Counted from the stretch's first letter, positions 29,382-38,731 are shown. The stretch is 64,000 bases of DNA from Candidatus Omnitrophota bacterium (GCA_043815185.1 JBDRJF010000024.1:128533-192532), one strand, 5' to 3'. Notes: generated from the sequence alone by a model not told the origin. Translations and numbers: made by a program.

Positions 29382-31130
29382 TTAAGCACTAACTTCAGCC
29401 TGAGTTTGCTTATAACTATCAAGATAATCATTAATTATTTTTTCTTGCTTCTTAAACTCTGAACTCTTAAATTCCTTATAATTCCAATCGATAAATAACT
29501 GACGCAGTTCATAAAAGGCTTTACGGGCCATTTCTTTCTGATCAAAGTCAAATTCTTGCTTTAGGGCTAGAGATACTTTTCCAAAAACATACTTTTGTCT
29601 CTCTAAGCTGGTAGCAGCATCTACTTCGTCAAAACCATTCTGCTGCAAGTAGCCACTATCTAAGAATTCAGCCTTAAGATAAACTATAAAATCTTCCATG
29701 GAAGTTCCTTCTTCGCCGACAACTTTCATCATTTGATGAACCTCATTTCCTTTATGCAGGATATTTTTAGCTTTTCTTATCAGTTCAGGTTCAATAAAGC
29801 CCCTGTAGCGTGACCAACTCTCAATGGGATCAATTGAAGGAAAATAACGAGCATTGGCTCTATCCCGGGATAATCCGTGAAAGGCCCCCACTACCTTTAA
29901 AGTAGCTTGAGTCACCGGCTCTTCAAAATTGCCCCCAGCCGGGCTCACGGTCCCGCCGATAGTAAGACTTCCCTTCTCTCCCGAATAAAGCTCAACCACT
30001 CCGGCCCGTTCATAAAATTCAGCAATCCTTGATTCTAAATAAGCTGGGTAAGCTTCTTCACCGGGAATTTCCTCTAGCCTTCCGGATACCTCACGCATAG
30101 CCTGAGCCCAGCGCGAGGTAGAGTCAGCCAGAAGTAGAACGTTTAAACTCATCTGGCGGTAGTACTCACCTAAGGTAGCGGCAGTATAAACTGAAGCATC
30201 CCGGGCAGCAACCGGCATCGAAGAAGTATTGCAAATAATGATTGTCCGCTCCATCAAAGACTTACCGGTCCGGGGATCAACTAACTCCGGAAACTTTCTC
30301 AAAGTCTCGACCACCTCCCCGGCTCGTTCCCCGCAAGCAGCGATAACGACAATATCAACCTCGGCATAACGACTGATAAGTTGTTGTAACACGGTTTTAC
30401 CGGCTCCGAAAGGACCGGGAATACAGTAAGTTCCGCCTCTGGCTACCGGGAAAAAAGTATCAATAATCCGAACTTTGGTAACCAAGGCTTCCTGGGGGAT
30501 GAATTTCTGCTGGTAAGCCTCAATGGGAAGCTTAATCGGCCATTCAAAAACCATAGTTAAGTTTAAGGCTTCTCCTCTCTGGTTCCTGACTTCGGCAATC
30601 TTATCGTTAATTTTATAACTGCCCTTCCCGGCTATGGCCGAAACTTCATACTCACCTTCTAAATTAAACGGTACCATAATAGCATGTTTGAAAATCCCCT
30701 CCTGGACATAACCTAAGGGGGTACCTTTGGTTACCTGTTCCTTGGCTTTAACTGTAGGAATAAACTCCCACTTTTTTTTACTATCCAGAGGTTCTAGCCG
30801 GATACCTCGGGGAAGAAAAAAACCAAACTGTTTAGCTAGACCAGGCAGTGGGTTCTGGAGACCGTCGTAAACTTGGCCGAGAAGCCCGGGGCCCAACTTC
30901 ACCGAGAGCATCTCCTGGGAAAACTCTACCTTATCCCCCACCTTTATCCCCTTGGTATCTTCAAATACCTGCATATAGGCGACGTCTTGGCTGATCCGGA
31001 TAACTTCAGCCATTAAGCGCTCGCTGCCTGAAAGCAGATAACCGACTTCGTTTTGAATAATATTATCGGTGAAGCTAACCGTTATCATATTACCCTGGAT
31101 TGATTTAATCTCACCCAATGGTTTACTCAT
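29382..31130 (-). CDS. ntpA: V-type ATPase catalytic subunit A
   Basis: 582 aa with Walker A GPFGAGKTV, LLADSTSRWAQAMREVSGRLEE and GSLTIGGTVSPAGGNFEEPVTQ. Confidence 0.95.
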   Translation of the reverse strand: MSKPLGEIKSIQGNMITVSFTDNIIQNEVGYLLSGSERLMAEVIRISQDVAYMQVFEDTKGIKVGDKVEFSQEMLSVKLGPGLLGQVYDGLQNPLPGLAKQFGFFLPRGIRLEPLDSKKKWEFIPTVKAKEQVTKGTPLGYVQEGIFKHAIMVPFNLEGEYEVSAIAGKGSYKINDKIAEVRNQRGEALNLTMVFEWPIKLPIEAYQQKFIPQEALVTKVRIIDTFFPVARGGTYCIPGPFGAGKTVLQQLISRYAEVDIVVIAACGERAGEVVETLRKFPELVDPRTGKSLMERTIIICNTSSMPVAARDASVYTAATLGEYYRQMSLNVLLLADSTSRWAQAMREVSGRLEEIPGEEAYPAYLESRIAEFYERAGVVELYSGEKGSLTIGGTVSPAGGNFEEPVTQATLKVVGAFHGLSRDRANARYFPSIDPIESWSRYRGFIEPELIRKAKNILHKGNEVHQMMKVVGEEGTSMEDFIVYLKAEFLDSGYLQQNGFDEVDAATSLERQKYVFGKVSLALKQEFDFDQKEMARKAFYELRQLFIDWNYKEFKSSEFKKQEKIINDYLDSYKQTQAEVSA

Positions 31131-31621
31131 GATAAGACCTCGGATAACTTATCAAAAACAGCTGTGCCTGCTTCTTTATTAAAAGTAAACAACCGCCTAA
31201 GGATCTGCAGTTTTAAAAAGTATAATATAAGAGCTTCTAAATCAAAAATGTGCCCAGACTCTAAATTTTCGATAAATTGCCAGCGCAAACTCAAAAGTTT
31301 AACCTCTGCCTCAAGTGGATTACCTTCGGCCAAATTTAAACTCAAGCCGGCGGATAACTTAAGCTCTTGATTGGTGTTTAGTTTACGCAGCGAAGCTAAA
31401 GCCTCTCTTAAGGCTAACTCAAAATCTTTATAAGTCTTGAGCACTTCCGGATCCTGGTCTTTAGAATAGAAATCATTAATACTAACCTGGGCCAGTATTG
31501 AAAAATCCTTGTTTGATAGCCACTTTTTAGCTTCGGCCAAGAACTGGCCTTGATCTATGCTGCTGGGCTCATCAAAGGTTAAAAAGGGGAGTTGGGCTAC
31601 AAAATAATAATACTTATCCAT
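31127..31621 (-). CDS. Conserved hypothetical protein of V-ATPase operons (DUF2764-like position)
   Basis: 164 aa between the E and A subunit genes, as in the E-X-A-B-D-I-K operons of chlamydiae and spirochaetes. The assignment rests on position only. Confidence 0.4.
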   Translation of the reverse strand: MDKYYYFVAQLPFLTFDEPSSIDQGQFLAEAKKWLSNKDFSILAQVSINDFYSKDQDPEVLKTYKDFELALREALASLRKLNTNQELKLSAGLSLNLAEGNPLEAEVKLLSLRWQFIENLESGHIFDLEALILYFLKLQILRRLFTFNKEAGTAVFDKLSEVLS

Positions 31622-32222
31622 TGTTGGTATTTAAAATTGCCCAAAGGGAGGGATTTAAAAATTCGCCTAAAGCTTCGAGGATACTTTGCTCAGTAAAATC
31701 ATAATGAACATCTTCGCCTTTTATGCCAATGTGAAACCCCTTATCAATAGCTTTGCTTACCTTTACTTCTATGGTCTTTTTGGCTTCGCTCTTGAAAGAA
31801 GCCAGAAGTAACTTCTCTAATTTTTCCTTATCAGCCTTATTTACCAAAATCTCCCAAACTAACTCATTCCCAGTTGAGAACTTATCAATTATTTTTAAGA
31901 TAATCTCTCCCATGAAACCGGGGGTTAAGGCATCAGCTGTCCGATCCTTGAGAATTCGGCTGAAAATCGCAACCAGCTCACCCTTCAAGGCTAAGCTTAA
32001 ATCCCGGGCTGCCTGCTTAAGCGAATCTTTAGCCTTAATTTCTAATTTTGCCGCCGAAACTTTAGCTTCTTTTTCTAATCTTAAGGCTTCTTCTTTAGCA
32101 GCTTTAATAATAGTTTCGGCTTCCTGCTTAGCTTTGCCTATAATTTCTCCGGCTTTCTTTTTAGCTTCTTCTATGCCGTCTTTTTTGATCTTAGCAATTA
32201 AACTCTCTAACTTTACTTCCAT
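31614..32222 (-). CDS. ntpE: V-type ATPase subunit E
   Basis: 202 aa with a K/E/A-rich N-terminal helix and a globular C-terminus. It is the first gene of the operon. Confidence 0.7.
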   Translation of the reverse strand: MEVKLESLIAKIKKDGIEEAKKKAGEIIGKAKQEAETIIKAAKEEALRLEKEAKVSAAKLEIKAKDSLKQAARDLSLALKGELVAIFSRILKDRTADALTPGFMGEIILKIIDKFSTGNELVWEILVNKADKEKLEKLLLASFKSEAKKTIEVKVSKAIDKGFHIGIKGEDVHYDFTEQSILEALGEFLNPSLWAILNTNNG

Positions 32223-32301
32223 CGAGCCACTCCTTTTAAAAAATTAAGCCCTAAAAGTATTTTAATTATATAACCGATTAGAGAAAAATCAATTTTTTTC
32301 T

Positions 32302-32973
32302 CTACCCGGCTAAAATAGCTTCGGCTGCCGCCAGGTAATCTTCCTTTTCAATAATTGGCCGGCCAACCACAATATAATCAGCCCCGTTGGCAAAAGCTTG
32401 GGAAGCTGTAGCCACTCGTTTCTGGTCTCCTTTATTATCCTGGGGGTTACGAATTCCCGGGGTAATAACTTTAAGTTTAGCAAAGTTACACTTAATTACG
32501 GCCACATCACCCGGTGAGGCAATTACTCCGTCTAAACCAACAGAATTTGCTTTATCAACCAGTGCTCTTACCTCAGCCTGAGTGGCAAGGGAACTAGTGA
32601 GTATGCTCACTCCTAAAATCAATGGTTTTGGTTGCTTAAGTTTCTCGGCGGCGGCCTCAACCGCTGCCTTAACTCTTCTTAAAGCTTCGACTCCCGCTTG
32701 CAGGTGTACTGTAAAAGCCCAAACTCCCAGCTCCGTAATAACCGCAGCGGTTTTAGCCATGGTGTTGGGAATATCATATAATTTTAAATCTAAAAATATA
32801 TCTATCCCTTGATTAATAAAGTTCTTTACAAAATCCGGCCCAAACTTATTAAAAGCAATTGAACCGATTTTAAATTTAACTCCCTGAGGAGAAAGCACCC
32901 TTACCACTTCTTTTATTTTAGCCTCTTGCTCTAAATCTAAAGCAACGATTAGTTTATTCCAGAGCCCGCTCAA
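32302..32973 (-). CDS. pyrF: Orotidine 5'-phosphate decarboxylase
   Basis: 223 aa with LIVALDL..FKIG..DLKLYDIPNT motifs. Confidence 0.87.
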   Translation of the reverse strand: MSGLWNKLIVALDLEQEAKIKEVVRVLSPQGVKFKIGSIAFNKFGPDFVKNFINQGIDIFLDLKLYDIPNTMAKTAAVITELGVWAFTVHLQAGVEALRRVKAAVEAAAEKLKQPKPLILGVSILTSSLATQAEVRALVDKANSVGLDGVIASPGDVAVIKCNFAKLKVITPGIRNPQDNKGDQKRVATASQAFANGADYIVVGRPIIEKEDYLAAAEAILAG

Positions 32974-33877
32974 TCAGGCCTCCTCTTAGTTTATTAATGT
33001 CACTTACTTTTTTATGCTTAAGATAGTTTTTTATTCCCGATAAAACAGTTGTTGCCCTATCCGGCTCAACTAAATTTATGGTTCCTAAACTAACTGCGGT
33101 TGCTCCGGCTAAGATGAACTCAACTGCATCCAAAGTACTCTCAATACCGCCGCCGCCGATAAGGGGAATCTTAACTGTCCGGGCTACTTTCCAGACCCGG
33201 TAAAGACTCATTGGTTTAATTGCTTTCCCGGAATAACCTCCGTAAATATTACCTAAATAAGGCCGGTGAGTTTGGGTGTTTATCCTTAATCCAAAAAAGG
33301 TATTGACTAAAGAAACAGCATCAGCTTCTGCTTGCTTAACTGCCCGGGCCACGCTTACGATATCACTTACCTCGGGAGTAATTTTTATAAATAAAGGCTT
33401 CTTGGTTAGTTTTCGCAAGGCCTTAGTTAAACCATAAGTTGCCTTGGGACTTTGTGAGATGAGCTTCTTTAACTTTAAGTTGGGGCAAGATAAGTTAATC
33501 TCTAAACCCGCCACTCCTGGCTCAAGGCTTAAGGCGCTGACAACTTCCTGATACTCCCTGTCTGAATTACCGCCAACACTCACAATACACTTGGTGTTTA
33601 GTTTTCGGATTAAGGGCAGCTTCTCGTTGATAAAAACTGCTAACCCCGGATTCTCTAAGCCTACCGAGTTCAGTACACCGCACTCACTCTCATAGATCCG
33701 CGGGCTGGGATTTCCGACCCGGGGCTTTAAAGTTATGGTCTTGGTGGTAATTGCTCCTAAAGCATTAAAGTTAACTAATCCTTTTAGTTCGTGGCCAAAA
33801 CCGAAAGTCCCGGAAGCAGAGATGATTGGGGTATCCAGCTTTAGCCTTCCTAATTTTACTTTTAAGTTAACCTTCAT
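32954..33877 (-). CDS. pyrD: Dihydroorotate dehydrogenase (class 1B catalytic subunit)
   Basis: 307 aa with PIISASGTFGFG, NLSCPN and GGGGIES motifs, paired with pyrK. Confidence 0.9.
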   Translation of the reverse strand: MKVNLKVKLGRLKLDTPIISASGTFGFGHELKGLVNFNALGAITTKTITLKPRVGNPSPRIYESECGVLNSVGLENPGLAVFINEKLPLIRKLNTKCIVSVGGNSDREYQEVVSALSLEPGVAGLEINLSCPNLKLKKLISQSPKATYGLTKALRKLTKKPLFIKITPEVSDIVSVARAVKQAEADAVSLVNTFFGLRINTQTHRPYLGNIYGGYSGKAIKPMSLYRVWKVARTVKIPLIGGGGIESTLDAVEFILAGATAVSLGTINLVEPDRATTVLSGIKNYLKHKKVSDINKLRGGLIERALE

Positions 33878-34230
33878 TTTCCAATAATCATATTCAGGGA
33901 TATAATCAGTAAAAATATTCCAAAAATCTTCTTTAATACCGGCCCGGGAACTTTATGCACGAAGATTGCACCGATTAATCCTCCAACCAGGAATCCCAAG
34001 CAGACAAAAGCAGCTACATTTAACTTAATATTGCCCTCAAGATAGTACTTCCAGGCAGCCAAAAGACCTATTGGCGGAATCATAATAGCTAAAGTGGTGC
34101 CCTGGGCTTGATGTTGGCTGAGGCCAAAAAAGTATACCAAGGCTGGAATTAAGATTGCACCTCCGCCAATCCCTAAGAACCCGCTAGCAATTCCAGCCAT
34201 TAACCCTAAACCTAAATATAAGTGCCACAT
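33874..34230 (-). CDS. Half-size TSUP (TauE/SafE-like) 4-TM membrane protein
   Basis: 118 aa with GIASGFLGIGGGAILIPALVYFFG, the typical TauE/SafE repeat unit. Confidence 0.6.
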   Translation of the reverse strand: MWHLYLGLGLMAGIASGFLGIGGGAILIPALVYFFGLSQHQAQGTTLAIMIPPIGLLAAWKYYLEGNIKLNVAAFVCLGFLVGGLIGAIFVHKVPGPVLKKIFGIFLLIISLNMIIGK

Positions 34231-34257
34231 ATCTACCTTCCTTTTTAATTAACTAGG

Positions 34258-35049
34258 TTAAAGGACCTCATTGAGCTTAAATACCGGTCCCTCCTTACAT
34301 ACTTTTTTATAGCCGGACTTAGTCTTTATGCTGCAGCCGCAGCAAACACCTAAGCCACAACCCATAAATTGCTCAAAGGAAACCTGGCAGTTTACTTTTT
34401 TATTGCCGGCTCTTTTAATAACTTTTTTCATTTGTTTAAACATTGCTTCCGGGCCACAGGAGTAAATGTTAATTGCCAGTTCCCGGTCCTGGGCATCAAG
34501 TACCCTTTCTAATAATTCAGTGGCAATGCCCTGGTGCCCATCTGAGCCATCTTCGGTAGCCACCATTACTTTACAGCCGCGTTTCTTAAAAGCATCTAGA
34601 CATAATACTTCGTCATCGTTTTTCGCCCCCAGGATAACAGCAGTTTTTGTTTTTTTTAATTTATCGGCTAAAAAGACCAGCGGGGCAACCCCTAAGCCTC
34701 CGGCAAGAAGAATATTCTTACCGGCCTTGCCGTTTAAACAAAACCCATTTCCCAAAGGCCCAATAATATTTAACTTATCTCCGGCCTTGTATCCCGACAA
34801 AATCTTAGTTCCTCTTCCCCGGATTCTAAAGAGGATAAATACGGTTTTACCCTTAAGGCAATGGATACTAAACGGCCTTCTTAAAATGGTTTTAATTATT
34901 TTAATATGCAGGAATTGTCCCGGCTGGGAATTCTTGGAAATATAGGCAGAATCAAAACTCAGAAGAAAGACATCAGGCTTGATTTCATTAACTTTTTTGA
35001 CTCTTGCGGTAAGTTCTTTAGGGGCCCCAGCCTTGATCATGCTTTCCAT
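34258..35049 (-). CDS. pyrK: Dihydroorotate dehydrogenase electron-transfer subunit
   Basis: 263 aa with the FAD-binding motif RRPFSI and a C-terminal Fe-S cluster CGxGxCxxC (MGCGLGVCCGC). Confidence 0.85.
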   Translation of the reverse strand: MESMIKAGAPKELTARVKKVNEIKPDVFLLSFDSAYISKNSQPGQFLHIKIIKTILRRPFSIHCLKGKTVFILFRIRGRGTKILSGYKAGDKLNIIGPLGNGFCLNGKAGKNILLAGGLGVAPLVFLADKLKKTKTAVILGAKNDDEVLCLDAFKKRGCKVMVATEDGSDGHQGIATELLERVLDAQDRELAINIYSCGPEAMFKQMKKVIKRAGNKKVNCQVSFEQFMGCGLGVCCGCSIKTKSGYKKVCKEGPVFKLNEVL

Positions 35050-35054
35050 ATTAT

Positions 35055-35091
35055 AGCAGATTATTTTAGTTTAACAATGGGGGAAAATTGA
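35055..35091. repeat. 37-bp direct repeat, copy 1 (pyrK promoter region)
   Basis: agcagattattttagtttaacaatgggggaaaattga is identical to 35946-35982. Confidence 0.95.
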
Positions 35092-35098
35092 ATCTTCA

Positions 35099-35941
35099 CA
35101 GACGTCCTATTTGCACCCCATTGTAGGCATCCTACAAAGGTACATCCTACTGGTGATCAATCCAGGCTATTATATCTTAAAATCCTTATCTATAATATCT
35201 TCATACATTCTTGGCATCAAAACATATTGTCTGTAAAATTTTCTACATTCCTCAACATTGCTAAATGTTCGATATAAAGGATTCGGTGTAAGTGAGGTGT
35301 TTTGTCGTCCATAGGCATAGAAAGCATAACTTGACCATTTGTAATCTTTTAAAGCTTTAACAAGTTTTGCTCTTAAAGGATTTGTCTCTATGTACCGCGC
35401 GCACTCTAAGAGATATTCGTTTTTTGCTATGATTTTGCTCTTATATCTTCCTTGATAAAGATGGCCTGTGTATTGGTATTTTTGTTTGAAATAAAAACGA
35501 TAAGATTGGAATATCCCTTGTGTAAGCTTTGCCAATTCTTCTTTTTTGAATACTTTCATTAAAAGATGGACGTGGTTATCCATAAGGCAATAATTGTATA
35601 GCTCAAAGGAGTATTTGTCTTTATACTTCTTTATTAGCGCTATAAACCTCTGATAATCCTCAATTACCTTCAATAGCCGCTGGCCATTGTTTCCTTTTTG
35701 TATAATATGGTAGATTGCACCATCGTATATCTGTCTTTTCACCGTAGACATAACTCTCGCCTCCTTCTTTTCTAGGGTGCACCTTTGTAGGCGTCCTACT
35801 TTACCCCTAAAATAGGACGTCTGTTATGCTTCCTTATATAATAGACGTTAGAGGAAGCTGATTTCTTTCAATTATTTTAAGTTTTTTGGTAGGGGTGTCC
35901 CTTTGTAGGACGCCTACTTTACCCCTAAAATAGGACGTCTG
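35099..35941. mobile_element. RAYT/IS200-like unit 2 bounded by about 50-bp imperfect inverted ends with REP-like hairpins
   Basis: The left end is cagacgtcctattt..gtaggcatcctac. The right end is gtaggacgcctac..aaataggacgtctg, with a second right-end-like copy at about 35776-35823. Confidence 0.7.
35170..35751 (-). CDS. IS200/IS605-family HUH Y1 transposase, REP-associated (RAYT)-like
   Basis: 193 aa with HUH motif DNHVHLLMKV, LYQGRYKSKII and ARYIETNPLRAKLV. It is a paralog of 11654..12226. Confidence 0.75.
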   Translation of the reverse strand: MSTVKRQIYDGAIYHIIQKGNNGQRLLKVIEDYQRFIALIKKYKDKYSFELYNYCLMDNHVHLLMKVFKKEELAKLTQGIFQSYRFYFKQKYQYTGHLYQGRYKSKIIAKNEYLLECARYIETNPLRAKLVKALKDYKWSSYAFYAYGRQNTSLTPNPLYRTFSNVEECRKFYRQYVLMPRMYEDIIDKDFKI

Positions 35942-35945
35942 CATC

Positions 35946-35982
35946 AGCAGATTATTTTAGTTTAACAATGGGGGAAAATTGA
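35946..35982. repeat. 37-bp direct repeat, copy 2
   Basis: Identical to 35055-35091. Confidence 0.95.
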
Positions 35983-36081
35983 GGGGGTTTTGTTGTTGAC
36001 ATATATAGTTATGGAGGTATATTTGGGGGTACAAGAAGAATCTGAAAATTAATTACTAGAATAAAACAAGAAGGAGGAATA

Positions 36082-36468
36082 ATGATTCCCGAAACAACTG
36101 GGTTAATTGAAAAAATAATACCTGCCATATTTGCATTGTTAGGGACATTTGTTGGTGCCCTCGGCGCAATTATTATAACTGCCATAAACAAAAGAAGTGA
36201 AGAAAGGAGACAAGTCCGTGAATTAGCATTCACCGCTGGAATAGAAAACTGGAAAGGGGCGTGTGAATTTGCAAAAAGAAATGGGGGTGCTGTTTCTCCG
36301 CTAGACCATTATTTAGTGCATATGAAATTATTGTCCGAAAAATTCTTAGAAGGGAAAACCAACTCAAGTGAGTTAGAAGAAAAATTGCAGGAATTGAAAA
36401 GCCTTAGCGCCCAGTTTGGCAAATACCTCGAAGAAAACAGCAAAAGCAAAGGAAAAAAGGGTAACTAA
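36082..36468 (+). CDS. Hypothetical single-pass membrane protein
   Basis: 128 aa with an N-terminal TM helix, AGGAGG upstream, and no family I recognise. Confidence 0.4.
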   Translation: MIPETTGLIEKIIPAIFALLGTFVGALGAIIITAINKRSEERRQVRELAFTAGIENWKGACEFAKRNGGAVSPLDHYLVHMKLLSEKFLEGKTNSSELEEKLQELKSLSAQFGKYLEENSKSKGKKGN

Positions 36469-36509
36469 CAATAACTTCACCCATCTGGTTTTGAGTCCTA
36501 GAGATAAAA

Positions 36510-36938
36510 ATGGGGCTGAGAGAGTACGAAAAAATCAATATTGCGGAATCTCTGCTTAATAAAGCTCTTTCGATTTATGAGAAAGGCGATAATTATTTTG
36601 CTGCTTTACATCTTGCTGGAGCAAGCGAAGAAATCTTAGGAAAGTATCTTACCATAAATGGATTACGAAACACCTTAGAAGATGAAAAAGAAGCATTAAT
36701 TTCGGTAAAGTATGACTTATTCAAAATACGTTTATCTGAAAAAGAAGCTATTAGTTCTTTGATTGGTGCTAAAAATGCAATAAAGCATATGAGTAGCGAG
36801 AAAGATAGAATCGTTAAAATGAATCCTAAAAAAGATGCAGAAGCTATGCTTGATAGGGCGATAGGAAATTGGTTAAGGTTAAAACGAAAAGTTACTCCTC
36901 AAATGGATAAATTTATAACTAGAAATATCAATCTCTAA
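36510..36938 (+). CDS. Hypothetical all-alpha protein (weak HEPN-like flavour)
   Basis: 142 aa. The patterns ALHLAGASEEILGKYL and AKNAIKH loosely resemble HEPN helices, but the R-x4-6-H motif is not intact. Confidence 0.3.
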   Translation: MGLREYEKINIAESLLNKALSIYEKGDNYFAALHLAGASEEILGKYLTINGLRNTLEDEKEALISVKYDLFKIRLSEKEAISSLIGAKNAIKHMSSEKDRIVKMNPKKDAEAMLDRAIGNWLRLKRKVTPQMDKFITRNINL

Positions 36939-38731
36939 CGATGAACTTCCACCAACCCCCTCACCGAATTACCGACATAGACCTTATCAGCGCTTTTGAA
37001 GTCTTTTAGGTAGAGCGTTTTCTCTTTTACTCTTCCTTTTCTTATTAGATGCTCTCTTAACACCCCGGGCAAAAGGCCGCTTTCCAGAGGTGGGGTATAT
37101 AGTCTTTTGCTTTGAAGAACAAATATATTGGTTATGGTCCCCTCAGTAAGCTCTTCCTTTTCATTTAAGAAGACGGTTTCAAAACATCCTTTAGCCAATC
37201 CTTCTCTCCTCTCCTGATCATAAAAAGCTCTTCGGGTAGTCTTATGATATAAAAATTTATCTTTGCAGTTTATCCTCTTATCACTTATTCTTATCTTAAC
37301 CGGGGTTTTGATCTTTTTTATTGGTTCTTTCTGGATATCAATACCTCCTTCTGGGCCTAATACTAATCTTACTTTTAAATTTCTATTCTCATTCGCTGCG
37401 GCTTCTTTTAATTTCTTTTTAATCTCTTTCACTTGATAAAGGTAAGAAAAGTGTTTCGCGGATTTCTCCAGCCTCTTTAAATGTAAATCCAAAAGATAAT
37501 AGCCTTTATCTTTACACCAAAGAATGCTCTCAACAAGGCCTATTCTCTCTAACCCATCTTTAAAGAATTTTGCTTTAAGCAGTGCTTCTTCATATTCAGC
37601 TTTTGGGTTTGAGTCATAGACTATCCCCCCGCCAATTCCTAACTCTCCTTTATTCTTCTTAATCTGAACTGTTCTTATGGCTACATTAAAACAGCTCTTG
37701 CCTTTCGGTGAAATATACCCGATTGCTCCGGTATATACCCCCCGGGGTTCTTGCTCTAACTTCTTTATTATCTGCATAGTCTTAATCTTTGGCGCTCCGG
37801 TCACTGAACCACAGGGAAAAAGCGAAGAAAATACCGCTTTTAATCTTAGCTTCTTCTTTAGTTCTCCTTCTATGGTTGAAGTCATCTGATAAAGGGTAGG
37901 GTGTTTTTCGATGTTAAAAAGCTTAGGTGCCCGCACTAACCCGGAGATTCTTCCCAGATCATTTCGCAACAGGTCTACTATCATTAAATTTTCAGCTCTT
38001 ATCTTATTACTCTTTTTTAAATCGGCTTTGCTCTGGGAATCTTCTTCCGCGGTCTCTCCTCTTTTAATTGTTCCCTTCATCGGCCGGGCAATAATTTTAT
38101 TCTTATCAATCCTGAAGAATAACTCCGGGGATAATGAGAGTATCTTCTCTGTATTGATATTAATTAAAGCTGAGTAAGGGGTGGGTTGAGAACGCCTAAG
38201 GTCTAAATACAGCCCTACTACATCCCCTTTAAAATCAAACTTTTCCTTAAAGGTAAAATTAACTTGATAGGTAAGGCCTTGCTCAAGATAGTATTTTATT
38301 TTTTTTATTTTCTCAGCATACTCTCTTTGGCTAATATTTGGTCTTATATTTTTTATCTCATATGATGATTTATCCAAAAGAGCGCGAGAACATTCCTGGT
38401 TAATCTTTTTCTTGCTGCTTATCTTTTTAGGCTTCTTACACACGCCAACCCAAGCTAAAGGGATTTTACCTTTTACTCTTAAAGGACGGTGGGCCTCTTC
38501 CAAGAAATACCCAAATTCATAAGAGAAATATCCGGCCAGCCAATAGCCTTTCTTAGAGTAATCTTCTAATCTTTTGAAAAATAAATCTAAATTATCCGCG
38601 GGCTTGAAGGTAATGATGTCTTTAAAGCTAGAAAATATAAAAGAAAAACGATCTTCTTGGGTCGTAGTTAGAGTTTCAAGAAGTATATAAGGCGGTTTTA
38701 AATTACCAAGGTAATTAAGTGGGTAACTCAT
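36935..38731 (-). CDS. pabB: Aminodeoxychorismate synthase component I fused to aminodeoxychorismate lyase (PabB-PabC)
   Basis: Chorismate-binding motifs SLFPCGSVTGAPK and RGVYTGAIGY, plus a C-terminal class-IV aminotransferase-like domain. The start is taken at the ATG at 38731, which overlaps the mutM stop (ATGA). Confidence 0.8.
   Translation of the reverse strand: MSYPLNYLGNLKPPYILLETLTTTQEDRFSFIFSSFKDIITFKPADNLDLFFKRLEDYSKKGYWLAGYFSYEFGYFLEEAHRPLRVKGKIPLAWVGVCKKPKKISSKKKINQECSRALLDKSSYEIKNIRPNISQREYAEKIKKIKYYLEQGLTYQVNFTFKEKFDFKGDVVGLYLDLRRSQPTPYSALININTEKILSLSPELFFRIDKNKIIARPMKGTIKRGETAEEDSQSKADLKKSNKIRAENLMIVDLLRNDLGRISGLVRAPKLFNIEKHPTLYQMTSTIEGELKKKLRLKAVFSSLFPCGSVTGAPKIKTMQIIKKLEQEPRGVYTGAIGYISPKGKSCFNVAIRTVQIKKNKGELGIGGGIVYDSNPKAEYEEALLKAKFFKDGLERIGLVESILWCKDKGYYLLDLHLKRLEKSAKHFSYLYQVKEIKKKLKEAAANENRNLKVRLVLGPEGGIDIQKEPIKKIKTPVKIRISDKRINCKDKFLYHKTTRRAFYDQERREGLAKGCFETVFLNEKEELTEGTITNIFVLQSKRLYTPPLESGLLPGVLREHLIRKGRVKEKTLYLKDFKSADKVYVGNSVRGLVEVHR

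Noticed and set aside
36009-36233. The minus-strand 74-aa ORF overlapping the start of 36082..36468.
   Set aside because: It is antisense to a plus-strand ORF that has a strong AGGAGG site. Its hydrophobic reading is a mirror of the TM helix encoded on the other strand.
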